Positions 24,001 through 35,200 of a stretch of DNA of 43,188 nt are shown here, piece by piece; positions within the stretch are counted from its first letter, which is position 1, and the number at the start of each line of letters is the position of its first letter. The DNA is taken from the NCBI GenBank assembly GCA_900088475.1, contig FLMG01003852.1:1-43188 (forward strand). Direction: 5' to 3'. The DNA is from Hyphochytrium catenoides. Taxonomy: Eukaryota > Protista > Hyphochytriomycota. The notes under the pieces are model-generated. The model was given only the letters and a program-made list of their open reading frames with translations. It did no database searches and had not been told where the DNA came from. The position numbers and the translations under genes were made by a program.

Positions 24001-26242
24001 TTCAACATCAACCGCATTTGGAAGCTTAATCGTCCAGAGCGTCCATACGTCATTGTTTCACTCCTTTCTGCAGTGATCAATGGGTTTGCACAGCCGTTGA
24101 TAGCTCTTCTCCTCACTGAAGTGCTCCGGGCCTTTCAAGATTACAGAGGAGACAAACTATACGACGAGATCTCTCTGTATGCTCTGTTCTTTCTTCTTAT
24201 TGGCGTGCTGATGCTAATCACTTTCACGGTACAAACCTATGGCTTTGCGGTCATGGGAGAGAAGCTTACGTCTCGACTCAGGGTGAACGCTTTCTCCGCT
24301 ATGCTGGCTCAGGACATCGGATGGTTTGATAAATCTGAGAATAATACAGGCGCGCTTTCTTCCCGTCTGGCCACTGATGCTGCACAGGTGAAGCTGATCA
24401 CAGGAGAGAACCAAGGGAGAGTGCTGCAGCTCGTGTTCTGTCTACTGGCGTCTCTCATCCTCGCCTTCGCACTTGGGAACTGGAAGCTGTCGCTCATTAT
24501 GACGGCTCTTCTCCCTCTTATCGTCGTTTCAACCATGCTGCAAATGGGTATCGCAAAGAAATCTATGGGAGAGGCAAGGAAATCTCTGGACAGTGCGGGC
24601 AAACTGGCGACTGAAGCTATTTCCAATGTCCGGACTGTGGCAGCTTTTGGCCTTGAGAATGTGCTGGTCCACCGCTATGATAGTGTTCTGGAGGGGCCAA
24701 TGAAAGATGGGATCAAGAAAGGTCACATTAGCGGCTTCTCTATCGGCTTTGCTCAGCTTGTGAACTACGGAGGGTTCGCTTTGATATTCTATATTGGAGG
24801 AACCTACATTAGGGACCAGGAGGCGGACTTCAATGAGATGATGAAGAGTCTGATGATTATCATGATGGGAGCGGCCGGGATAGGAAGGACAGCCGCATTC
24901 ATGGGAGACACTGTAGGTGCTAAGGCCTCTGCCCTCTCAATCTTCCGCGTGATGGACAGGAAGAGTCCTATCAACCCCTTTGACGAGCAAGGAAGAAAGC
25001 TAGACAAAGTCGAAGGCAAAATCGATGTGAAAAATGTCTATTTCCGCTATCCTGCTCGTCCGGAAGTGCCAATTCTCAGAAACTACAATCTGCATGTGGA
25101 GGCAGGAGAGACAGTGGCCCTGGTTGGAAGAAGTGGAAGCGGCAAGAGCACAGTTCTCTCTCTCTTAGAGCGATTCTATGACCCTGATAGTGGATGCGTT
25201 CTTCTGGATGGCGTTGATGTGAGGGAGCTGAACATTCAATGGCTCCGACACCAGATCGGACTGGTCAGCCAGGTAAGAGAAAGAGGGAGATCGAGATTGG
25301 AGAACAGACTGAAAAGATAGTTCCCGTCGTCTTGACGCTTCTCGGTCCTTTTATTGACTCATTCGTCTTCGTGCCCCTCTTCCTTATCAAAGGGCCTCCC
25401 TTGACGATGCAATCGCGCTCTTGGTGGTTTCGTCTTCCTGGTTGTCACTGACCTTTTATCTCACTCTCATTTTACCGTGGGCTCACGATTCCGATCTGCT
25501 CTCCTTTGTGCACGAAATTGTTTCACGAGCAGCCCCTCTATTCTCTTATTCCGATATCCATCCGCAGGTGTTGACTTCGCTTCTTCTTTTCAATATTCTC
25601 TCTCCCAGGAACCCATACTCTTTTCTGGAACGATCCTTGAGAACATCCTCTACGGGAACCCCAAGGCTTCAAGAGAAGAAGCTGAGGAAGCAGCAAAGAA
25701 AGCGAACGCGTACACTTTCATCTCCTCCTTCCCTTCTGGGTTTGACACTCCTGTGGGAGACAAAGGTCTGCAGCTCTCAGGCGGCCAAAAGCAACGAATT
25801 GCAATTGCCAGGGCGATAATCAAAGATCCCGCCATCCTAATGCTGGACGAGGCAACCAGCGCATTGGATAGCCACAGCGAGAAAGTTGTGCAGGTAACCT
25901 AGATTCTTCCTCTTTCCTGTTTGTACGTTGCCCTTCTTCTCCTCTCTCTAATCCTTCTTTTCCACCATCCTCCACACTACGCCGATCTACTGGATTTTCG
26001 ACTATCTATCGCCCTAACGTCATTGCGATGCTGTACAGGCTGCTCTGGATCAGCTGATGCTGATGAGAAAGCGCACTACCTTGGTCATCGCTCACAGACT
26101 TTCGACCATTATCGGCGCGGACTCTATTGCCTTCGTTCACAATGGCAAAGTTATTGAGAAAGGCACACACAAGGAACTTCTGGCCAAGAGAGGGCACTAT
26201 GCGAGGCTCTATGAAGAGAGAGAGAAGGAAGGAGAGGAATAG
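21050..26242 (+). CDS. ABCB1: Full-length ABCB (MDR/P-glycoprotein) transporter, TMD-NBD-TMD-NBD, 1305 aa; join(21050..21380,21555..21798,21947..22163,22295..23150,23306..23415,23602..25272,25609..25893,26039..26242)
   Basis: Two Walker A motifs ([18 protein letters not shown]), two [14 protein letters not shown] signatures, two Walker B/D-loops ([20 protein letters not shown]), two H-loops (IAHRLSTI) and two TMDs. Seven GT-AG introns give a 3918-nt in-frame CDS. The symbol indicates the subfamily, not proven orthology. Confidence 0.95.
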
Positions 26243-26555
26243 ACAGCAAAGAAGATTTTCAAAAGCAAAGAGCCCAAACCGTGGAAGTATTTGTCGGGAA
26301 TAGTGACTGCACATCGTACATAATGAACAGCCGATACCGTTTTATATAGCCAAATTCTTGCATTCGCTTGTTGGCATGTCTCAGCATGGAAGTGAGGGAG
26401 ACGCTTCGCACTGACCAGTCTAGTAGGGGGACAGGAGGAAAGCATGGCGACGAAGAGACTGGTGAATGACAAAGAGCTCCTCACCCTCAATCTGTATCAA
26501 GAGCACAGCCTCACAAGGCCATCGGCCTTGCACTAATCAGCTTTGAGTGTGGGTG

Positions 26556-26760
26556 GTCACAGCCTCAGGGCTTAACAGTCAAAGTAGTCGAAGGCTCATC
26601 GGTCTCCGAAGCAGGATGAATGCACAAGGTGAGCATGGCCATGGGCTCTCAGTTCATCATCGCTGAGCGTGTCACAGTCCAGGGCTTAAAACAGTCTTTG
26701 ACGTAGTGTAAGGCACATCGGTCCGAAGCAGCAGAAGGCTGGCAAGAAGCAGTCCATGGC
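26556..26760. repeat. Degenerate ~90-bp direct repeat (two copies, ~115 bp apart)
   Basis: gtcacag..cagggcttaa(aa)cagtc...gtagt..aaggc.catcggtc(tc)cgaagcag...ccatgg at 26556-26644 and 26671-26760. Confidence 0.7.
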
Positions 26761-27310
26761 TCATCGCTCCTTGAGGCATACATTCCAGAGCTCAGTGATC
26801 TTTGAAGTACAATCATTTGGCAGTTCTTCAAGTCTGCAGTCTGCAGCAAGTGCGAAAAAGATCTGACAACAGAGGCAGAAACTGTAAGATTGCTGAGACT
26901 AAAATGACGGTTTGACACCTGGTCAAACTGTACCTGACTCTCACCACAAGAAGGGTCGGATGTACAATGTTACAATCTCAAATTGTAATATGTGTGACTC
27001 GTGATCAGAACACTCTACGAAGGGGAAGGAAGCGTCATCCTGCCAAGCTTCAGAAGCTTTCTTATGAAGATCTTCATCAGCGCTGCTGCCAGGCGAAGAG
27101 CTTCCCAGCGTCTCAAAGTCGCGCTAAAAGCAAGAGACGCGACCCTGAACGCTGCATATAATAAGACAGTCAGGAAAGTGAACACGTAGGGCGTTGAGGT
27201 TGCGGTTGCTAAGCGCCTTAGAGCACCGCTATCCCCACCTTCCAGCCTCATTATCTCACGCACTCTGGAGCTTCCTTGTTCAAATAAAGATAAGAGGAAA
27301 CAGAGTCAGC

Positions 27311-30300
27311 ATGGCTGCCACAGCCCTGTGGCTCGTCTACGTCGGGCTGCTCCTGGTATACATTGAACTCCATACTATCTTCCGTCCGTTGTTTTTCCCT
27401 CCGGACCGATCTCTAGGTTGCTCTCTATCTTCACGTTCCTTCAACGCTGGTTCCTCATCGACTCTACCTACTTACGGGTACATTAGGTGCTGATAGGGAT
27501 CGCCGTTGGCCTTGTGAAGGCTTTTGAAGATCCTCTAGATAGGAATAAAGTGGTGACGTCTGTCTCCATCCTCTCCGTCTTTATTGCGCTTGGCTGTTGC
27601 TTCCTCATACCAGCAGATGTTTACAGGTGCATACGACTTCAATCAGTACTTTTACTCTCTAGCTAAATGTCTGACTCCTTCGCTCCATCGTCGTATGTTG
27701 CTTTTGCCCCCGCTCCCCCGCCCCACTTAGTCTCTCTTCTATGCTTGTTTCTCTAGCATGTCTCTGCTGATAACCTCCATGAACTCTTATAGCCTTAGCT
27801 TAGAAGACTCCGTGAGGCTGACCAGGGTCATCAAAGGCTTATACTATGGTGAGAGGTGACACTAATATCAACACTCTTTCTCTCTCCTCTTTCTGACATA
27901 GTCAGCTTGACCCTATCCTTTCCGCGCTGTCTTTGGTGACCCTTATCTTTTCGTGCCTTCAACGTGCTAAAAAGCAGTCAACGATTCTCACAGTCCTGTT
28001 CAGCCTTCTTTATTATGATGGTTCTCCTGTCTTTCATCTTCATCCCCTACTCCTACTTTTACTATGAGGCGCAGGGAAGCTTTGAGTCATCTTCTTCGAG
28101 GGTAGGAAACAACTGACTGACTGGGCACCTAAGTTCTCATCATCCCTTTCACGGTCGACCTTTTTCCCTCTGTTTCTTCAGTTCCGTTAGGGTGATTCCT
28201 CATGCCTCTAACCGACAATATGTCTTCTCTATCTTTATTGTTTCGCCATGTGTGTCTCCTCTCTTCTCGGTCCGGTTGCAAGAATCTTAGTGTTACCAGC
28301 TGGTTTACCTCTTCATCTGTCCGTTGATGGTTTCTCAACCATTATTGATAGGCGTTGTATGCGTTGAAATATACGCTCATGAGCACCTTCTTTGTCGTCT
28401 TCTTGGTGGCAATCGGGCTAGTGGTGGAGCTGGGAAGCAAAGGCGATGAGTCGACATCTGAGGTACCTTCTCCACAGCTCATGACGTTTTGGTCTAGCCC
28501 TGTTAGACAATTATGAAGTTGTCCCTCCTTTCTTATTGCATCTTATCACTGTGCCTCGCCCTGGATACACCTCCTGGTGCTGCCGTCTGATGGTGCTTGG
28601 CTCTTGGGTTCTACTTATCTGCAGTGGTTGAGGCCCCTACTAGATGCTCAGGCAGATGGAGAGATCATCTTCAAGCTCCTTATGGGTAATATAGACCCTC
28701 CAACCTTGCTTTGCTTCTCCTCTTCAGTCAAGCTGTCTCTTCACGTAGTACTTTTCAAGCTCTGGTTGATCCGTCCTACGGTCGCGGCTATTCATCTTCC
28801 ATCCTCCGTGCCTCTTAAACGTCTTATGTTAGCTCCAGCATACGATTTCCTCCTGTCATAGTTGGGCTTTGTCTGTGGCACTCTCGCATCGAATAGCGCT
28901 TCACAGTGTCTATGCTAGGTGCCCTAATCATATTCGGGATTCTTCTCTGGGTATACATATCAGCGCGCGGGTTAGCAGTAGCGGCCGTCGGAATGTTCCT
29001 GGATACGGAAGAGTCTAGGGAAGCGGTAAGGCCTTGAATATCACGTTCAGTGGCTTCGGAAATAGGATGTTTGCCGACCCTACTTTGATCTGTCTTTGTT
29101 TGTTTGTCTGCCTTTCCAGAATCTCTGCACGTCCTTTTCTACAGCCCATTAGCACTAGTGCAGATGATGTTCTTTTCACATTGCTGGCGATATGAAGTGT
29201 GAGCCTGGGCTTATGAATGTCCGTCCAGGCCCGTCGAGAGTGGCTCCTGGACCCTACTAATCCTAGCAGTGAGTCGCTTCTCGCTCAGAGGTACCGACGA
29301 GAGACTCTAATAGAACTAGGTCCGGCAGAGAAGGTGCGAAGTGGGGTTACATCTGGGGACTTGGAAATAAGGGCTTGTCCGCTTTTGTAGAAGATAGAGA
29401 TGCAGATCTCCTACAGAGTTAGGGAAGGTACAGGTTTAGGTAGAGCCATATACCAGGACAAAGCTGAAAATCTTCTTATTCTCACCTTACGGTCTTATGC
29501 CATAGACCAAACGATGGCCCAAAGCCATTAGATATCCTCTGGGCCTGGCGTTTGTCCTAATATCTTTCTCGGTGGTCATCTCGGTCCTCATGACCAACAT
29601 TGACAAGGTAAGCATTTCAATACTTTGACTCTTTGTTTTCGTTCCGTCTCCATTCTCAACTATCATCGGCTTTTCCCTTGAATGTCGGCTTGATATGAGA
29701 CACAGCTTGCTCTGTCTTGCCATGTATTCTTCGCCATGTCCAGTCGACGCTCCACCCTAAATTGTATTTCTGTCGCCCTCTGATGAGTTGGCGCATCATA
29801 ACTTCTATTTTTCATAAGCTTACCAACGGAAAGTACGATCACGGCTACATGCTAAGCTCTCCATCATGTATGTCTAGAAGCGCGCACCGCTGCCCATCTC
29901 TCCAATGAAAACGTGCTAGTGGCTATCCGCTCTTTCCATTCATCTTCGGCATTCTCTCCCTTCGCCTTCAGCTCTAGATGGTAACCGTCAGTGATCCTTT
30001 TTCTCTACCAACTTAAGAAGGGAGATGCCACGATGGCAATCCTCTATGACCCCATGGGCTGGTCAACCTTTCCTGGGTGCACGGCTCTTTGGGTTACCAT
30101 CGAGGTGACATCTGTCTGCCATTGTTGACAAAAACACTCCTGTGTGTCCTGTGTTGCAGGGAACACTCCCATGGACAGACTCTTGGGATCTTTGAACAAG
30201 TACTTCCCAACAGATTATCTATTCTTTGGAATCCTGGGTATGACGGACTCCATTCTTCATCTTCCTCTGGGTGATCACTTAGATCTAGATCCAGTAGTCG

Positions 30301-31697
30301 TCGGTGTCGTGAGATTTCTATTTTTCACCTTTCCGCTGAGCCTATCATGATGCAGCCGCTATGCCCAGTGTCCCTCATCATATGTCTCACTCTAATGTTC
30401 GTGGCAGCTTTTTATGTCATTTGTGCATCCCTGGCAGCGATAATGAAGTACGGCAACCGCTGGCTGCTAGTCTACGTAAGAGTTTGAGCAGAGTAGGGCA
30501 ACTTAGCAGGAAGAGGATGGCGGAAGAGTGACTGTGAACAAGACATTGCTGCAGGGAATAAGGACCTGGAGCTGATAGGAGGTACTCACAGGCTTTGGTG
30601 CTCTTCTCAGGTTTACCCTCTCAAGTACAAGGAAAGCTCACCTCAGGCCCTGCTCCTTACCTCCGTGAATATTGTTTACATCACTCTAATCTTGATGATG
30701 AATGGTGAGTCCCTTGGCCGACCAACATATAGCCAGACAAGGGTGCGCAACTGAGAGAGGGGGAAGGTGACTATGGTAGAAACGTCATGATAGAATTGCA
30801 AGAGGGATAGCAAGAGTGAAGAGCGCCTTTCGCTTTTACAGGGTCCCTTCTTACCTCTCGCCTTACGTCTTGCTCTACGTCTCCTGCCAGTTGTCACGAT
30901 GGCACCTCAGTATGCAACATTTGGATCGCAGACTTTCTTCGACCCCACCACGAATCAGACTCTACCTTGCACTGTCAAGGAAATTAATAGCACTACACTC
31001 ATTGGAGACGCTCCTCGCTATGCAACTCATAGCCTGCCACCACAGGGAGATAACCTCCCTTTTATGGCTGGAGACAGTAGTTTGGGTGTTGGTAGGAACA
31101 CTCTCGGTGCTTCCGAGCCCTGCCAGATGTCCCAGATCGGCATATTTCTCTACACTTCCACAGCTCAGATGCCACTGCTTGGAGCCTTTCTGATGATAGG
31201 AGATTGGGTAAGGTGTCTCTCTTGTCTTAGGACTAGCCTTTAGTTCAATTTCATGTCACTCCCTTCAACATTTCTTCCGTGCTGGTCCTACTTCCATTCA
31301 CTGCCGCTTTAGTCCTTCTTCTCCAAGTTTAAACGCAAGCCATCGCTCTGCCTTCTCGTTAAAAAGCTTTCTCGTTATGTTTGAGGATGCTCCTCTTGTC
31401 TCAACCTCACATAATGAACACCTGGGCTTTTATCGCTGACAAATAGTTGAGATCCTAATGCATTCTATTGATGGCCAAGAAACTAACCGTATTCTTGCCC
31501 TGTCTTTCTCCCTCACCAGCTCTTTGTGTGCGCCTTCTTCTTCTGGACCTATTGGTATGTTCACTGGGAGGAGGTAAGTGGACTTGTCTCGCCGGACGAA
31601 GCGCCTCCTTACTGAACACTCTTTCTTCCCCTACTCACCTCAGGATATCTCATACAAGGTGCGGCGAAACTACCAGCGAAGAAGCATGGTTCATTGA
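27311..31697 (+). CDS. LMBRD1: LMBR1-family membrane protein, LMBRD1-like (lysosomal cobalamin export escort), ~524 aa, 16 exons: 27311-27355, 27487-27626, 27757-27848, 28004-28101, 28352-28462, 28625-28685, 28919-29025, 29229-29333, 29506-29607, 29819-29867, 30160-30237, 30408-30475, 30611-30704, 30891-31207, 31520-31573, 31644-31697
   Basis: The spliced translation has LMBRD1-type motifs in order: LIPADVY, IPYSYFYYE, ALKYTL, SVLMTNIDK, YFPTDY, SPQALL, MAPQYATFGSQ, CQMSQI. All junctions are GT-AG and phase-consistent (1575 nt). The exon 8/9 junction is the least certain. Confidence 0.88.
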
Positions 31698-32773
31698 CAG
31701 AAAATGATGTCAAACGGTCACGAGGACGACGCAGTGACGGCGGGATGGATGACCAGGAGGTGAAAATGCCATGGGAGTGAGAGAGAGCTAGAGGCCCCAA
31801 AGATTTAGATAAAGATTGTCTCAAAGAGAGGGAGAGATAAGTCAAGGGCTATCATCAGTGCTTGAAACCACTTGTCGGAGAGTTAGGTGCATAAATGCCT
31901 AGTAACGAGAAAGACGTCACATGAAGCTCAGACTTTATTATCTTTATATCTCTTCGAGAAGAGTGAGCAGTGTTGCCACTGCTGCAGTTGCGCTACAATG
32001 CCTATCAGGTTGCCCTAGTGCAGTCGATGTTCAGGTCTGTACAGCCCTCAGTCAATGGTCGTTCTATGGAAGGAGTATCATCAGCCCCGAAGGTCTGTGT
32101 GGTGGTACAATTATCGTCATAGGGCTGAAACAGACCTGCGAAACTAAAAAAGTAGAGCTGCAAATGACAACCAACAAAGAAAGAATAGGACAGATGCTGT
32201 GAGCGAGGGTCGCACCAAGGTGCAAGGTACAGCGTAAAGAAAGAAGGCCAAGAGCGTACAGTGATGGCTCGGAGCATTAGGCTCCGCCAAGCCAGCCAAC
32301 ACTGGACTCTCTCATCAAAGCATCATGCGTAAGCTCGTCTTTGGCGGGTCAATGAAGTGAAGGAACTGCCAGCGAAGATACGCGGGGTTCACGAGTCATA
32401 CTGGCCACCAGCATCCTTTGACCTGAAGATGGACAAAGAGATCGCTCAAGAGGGAAAGCGACTTGACAGCGGCTTCTGCTAAAGATGAGCAAGAGCAAAG
32501 AGTCAGATTCCCACATGCCCTCATTCTATCGGGTGAACCTGTTTGGATAGTCAGATGAATGAATTATGGGATGGATGTAGGACAATGAAGCACAGCTCTC
32601 AAGGCGGCGACAATGAGGGAGAGCGCGAGAGGCCGAGACAGTAGTGAAAGCTATGAGAAGAAAGGAGGAGAGGACGCTAGGTCAAGACTCTTGGAGTTCT
32701 ATGGATGTCAATGAGTGGCGGCAAGGTGGCGCCTCTTCTGACCATTCAATCCTGTGGATATTCTTTGCCGTCT

Positions 32774-32860
32774 GTACCGTACGCTGCACAAGTACTTAAG
32801 TACACAAGTGCCGGGTGGGTCCAGCTTACGCAAGTACCGCGGTACCTGCAACTTGAGTAC
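32774..32860. repeat. GTAC-dense palindrome cluster
   Basis: Seven GTAC in 87 bp, including the 12-bp palindromes GTACTTAAGTAC (32792-32803) and GTACCGCGGTAC (32834-32845), each preceded by CAA. Confidence 0.8.
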
Positions 32861-34032
32861 TGCTGAAAGTTAAAGGAGGAGATGCAAGTTCACTTCCAAT
32901 AACGCTTGTCTGATAGAACTACTTGTCAAAGCAAGAGATTGCCCTGCTTGCAACAAGGCTTTACATGCAGTAGCACTATGGGTACTACTTTATCCCGGCC
33001 GTTATTAGAATAAAGTGCCAGCGTGGAGCCGTGATAGGAGGAGGTGGTTTGCCATAATAATAGTCGTCGTGGTGGATTAATTTTGGGCCTCATCACTCAT
33101 CAGCTGTGTAGAGCAGTACAAGCAGCACCCGCCGGAAGAAGACATAGGGCAGCGCATTAGATAGAAGCCGGTAATTTGTCACGACGACAAATGGCCAATA
33201 ATAAGAAGAATAGGAACGGACGATCAACAACAATGAAGAAGCGATAGTAATAAAGATGATGGTGCGTGGTGCAGAAGATAGAAGCACATCCATGATGCCA
33301 AGCAGTTTCGTTATCATCTTTCAGATTTAGCTTCTTCATGATGCAGCAGAAGAAAAAGCTGCTGAGGACTCGAAGTCTTAGAAAAGAGCGAAAGACGCAC
33401 TTTCTTGTTGTACTACCACGGCATGTTCCTTCTTATTCTTCGAACCTTGAAGAATAATGAGATCTTCATTATTCAATCAACGCTACTGGAATGAGAGCAA
33501 CAAGAACTTTATCTAATAAGAACACTGCTTCGAACCTTGAAAGAGGTCTTCAATAACTCTATTATCGGCGTGGGAGCAGCAACAACAACAAGGGATTCTC
33601 CACGACGGAAGCCGCTTCCTCAAGGTTAAAGAGATTAATGACTGAAGAAGGTAGGGATGCCTTCTTAAGAAGGGAGAAGTAGAGAAAGCAAATGCAAGGA
33701 TGGCTCTTCTTTCTTCGTCAGGATCAATCATCTCATCTTCAGGGGCATCGTCGTAACGTTCTAGATTGCTATATTCTTATTATTGTATGGAGAGCTGTAG
33801 CATCTATCTACATTTTCTTACTGGCTTTCGCGACGGTCGCTCTATTAGTCCACGCTAATAGCCTCGCTCTGCAGCTCTGGTCATCTTCCGTACCGGTTCC
33901 CACGTAGCTCTAATGATACTGCTTAAAAAGTTCTTCCTACTCCGGCAGTGCTGCCTATCACCAGTACAACTCTGGCACGGTTCTCTGTCTTGTCCATTGT
34001 TCCCTTGTATGGCTGAAAACAGCCCCTGTTGT

Positions 34033-34281
34033 TTAGTAGTGGTCGTGGTGGTGGTGGCGGTGAAGGTGGTGATGAGTGCTATGCTTGTGCTGTTCTCCGC
34101 GAGTCTTGTCAGCCATTTGCTGAGGTACGCTCTTGTGAGAGTTAGGAGTGACAGCAGCTTTAACGCGGTCGACGCTGCCGGTGACGGTCTCCTTCACTCT
34201 TTCTCCAAGAGTCTTATGATGGTCCGGAGTCATTTTCTCAGCCATTTGAGTAGAGAGATTCTTGCGACCGGCGTCGGTCAT
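34033..34281 (-). CDS. HSP12: HSP9/HSP12-family small stress protein with His-rich C-terminal extension (82 aa)
   Basis: MTDAGRKNLSTQMAEKMTPDHHKTLGERVKETVTGSVDRVKAAVTPNSHKS follows the yeast Hsp12/S. pombe Hsp9 pattern. It is paralogous to 37370 and 41130 and ends EQHKHSTHHHLHRHHHHDHY. Confidence 0.85.
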   Translation of the reverse strand: MTDAGRKNLSTQMAEKMTPDHHKTLGERVKETVTGSVDRVKAAVTPNSHKSVPQQMADKTRGEQHKHSTHHHLHRHHHHDHY

Positions 34282-34396
34282 GTTTAGTTGATGATGATGG
34301 GATAGTTGAAGGTAATAAACTGGATGTTAATGACTCGTCGTTGCCACGCAGTTGCTTCTTGGGGGGTCAATAAGTGCGTTGAATTGTCTCTTGTCT

Positions 34397-34413
34397 GGAA
34401 AATTTGATAATGA
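34397..34413 (-). promoter_or_regulatory. Oomycete-type INR+FPR-like core promoter of HSP12 copy 1
   Basis: The minus strand reads TCATTATCAAATTTTCC about 130 nt upstream of the ATG. This fits TCATT-N6-TTT of the oomycete core consensus and is shared with the other two paralogs. Confidence 0.6.
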
Positions 34414-34669
34414 TCAGAACTTCGTTCCACCATTACTCGTAGTTAGAAAGCGTCGTCAACGACGCTCGCCTGGGGGTAAAAAGAATTGAACAACCGTACT
34501 AAACGTGTCCACTATTCATCTGCCTCCTTCCTTTGTCCTTCCTTCCTTTACTTTGCATCCCCCTCGTCCTCTCTTCTACGTTTTTGCCCAGGTCTTATCA
34601 TCATGCCGGTCGTCTATGATATGAAGGGGATTCACTCATGTAACGCAGAGTATGAACCTCCTGTGGGCA

Positions 34670-35200
34670 GGCACTAGTAGTAGTGCTGTCCAATCTGTGC
34701 TTCATTCAACAGCAACTTCAATCCTTGGGTCACAAAGTTGACATAAAAAAAATGATGGTTTGCTACTGTGTACACCACGGGGACAATCGGGCCACCTTCA
34801 GCAAGTGAAGAAGGCCTTTTGTCACCTAGAAGAGGGTGAAAGATGATAGAGAAAGAAGGTCGCTTTCCTCCCCAGATATCATATTTGCCATTTCTTCGCC
34901 GCCTACCACACGCAGGAAAGTATTGATACCAACCCTTGTTCATAGGATTGCATAGAGACAGACCACATTCTTGCGGCTGGATTGTTGATGGCCGCATACC
35001 AGGGAAATCTAGGCATCCTGCTGCTATATGTACTATGAACAAGGGAGCGCAGGCAGGATGATGCAGACTCTAATGCACGGAAGTCTGGATGAGATTTGTT
35101 CGTTGTTGCACACCCTAATAAGCTAAATCGGTGCGAATGGCAGCCCAATAAACTTGACAAGTTCCAAGTGATCGCTGCTTGCGAATGGCACCACATCGTC
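34670..35200 (-). mobile_element. Possible decayed PIF/Harbinger (DDE_Tnp_4-like) transposase
   Basis: Fragments AAGCLDFPGMRPSTIQP, HPLLGDKRP and FFYVNFVTQGLKLLLNEAQIG loosely follow the GAIDG..I..P / LLGD.GY / FN...S..R..VE..FG order. Confidence 0.3.

Noticed and set aside
32005-32430. Minus-strand acceptor-like sites suggesting a small spliced gene
   Set aside because: No consistent multi-exon frame or recognisable product could be built.
33340-33800. Short duplicated CTTCGAACCTTGAA block and acidic ORF fragments
   Set aside because: Too degenerate to classify; likely a repeat remnant.
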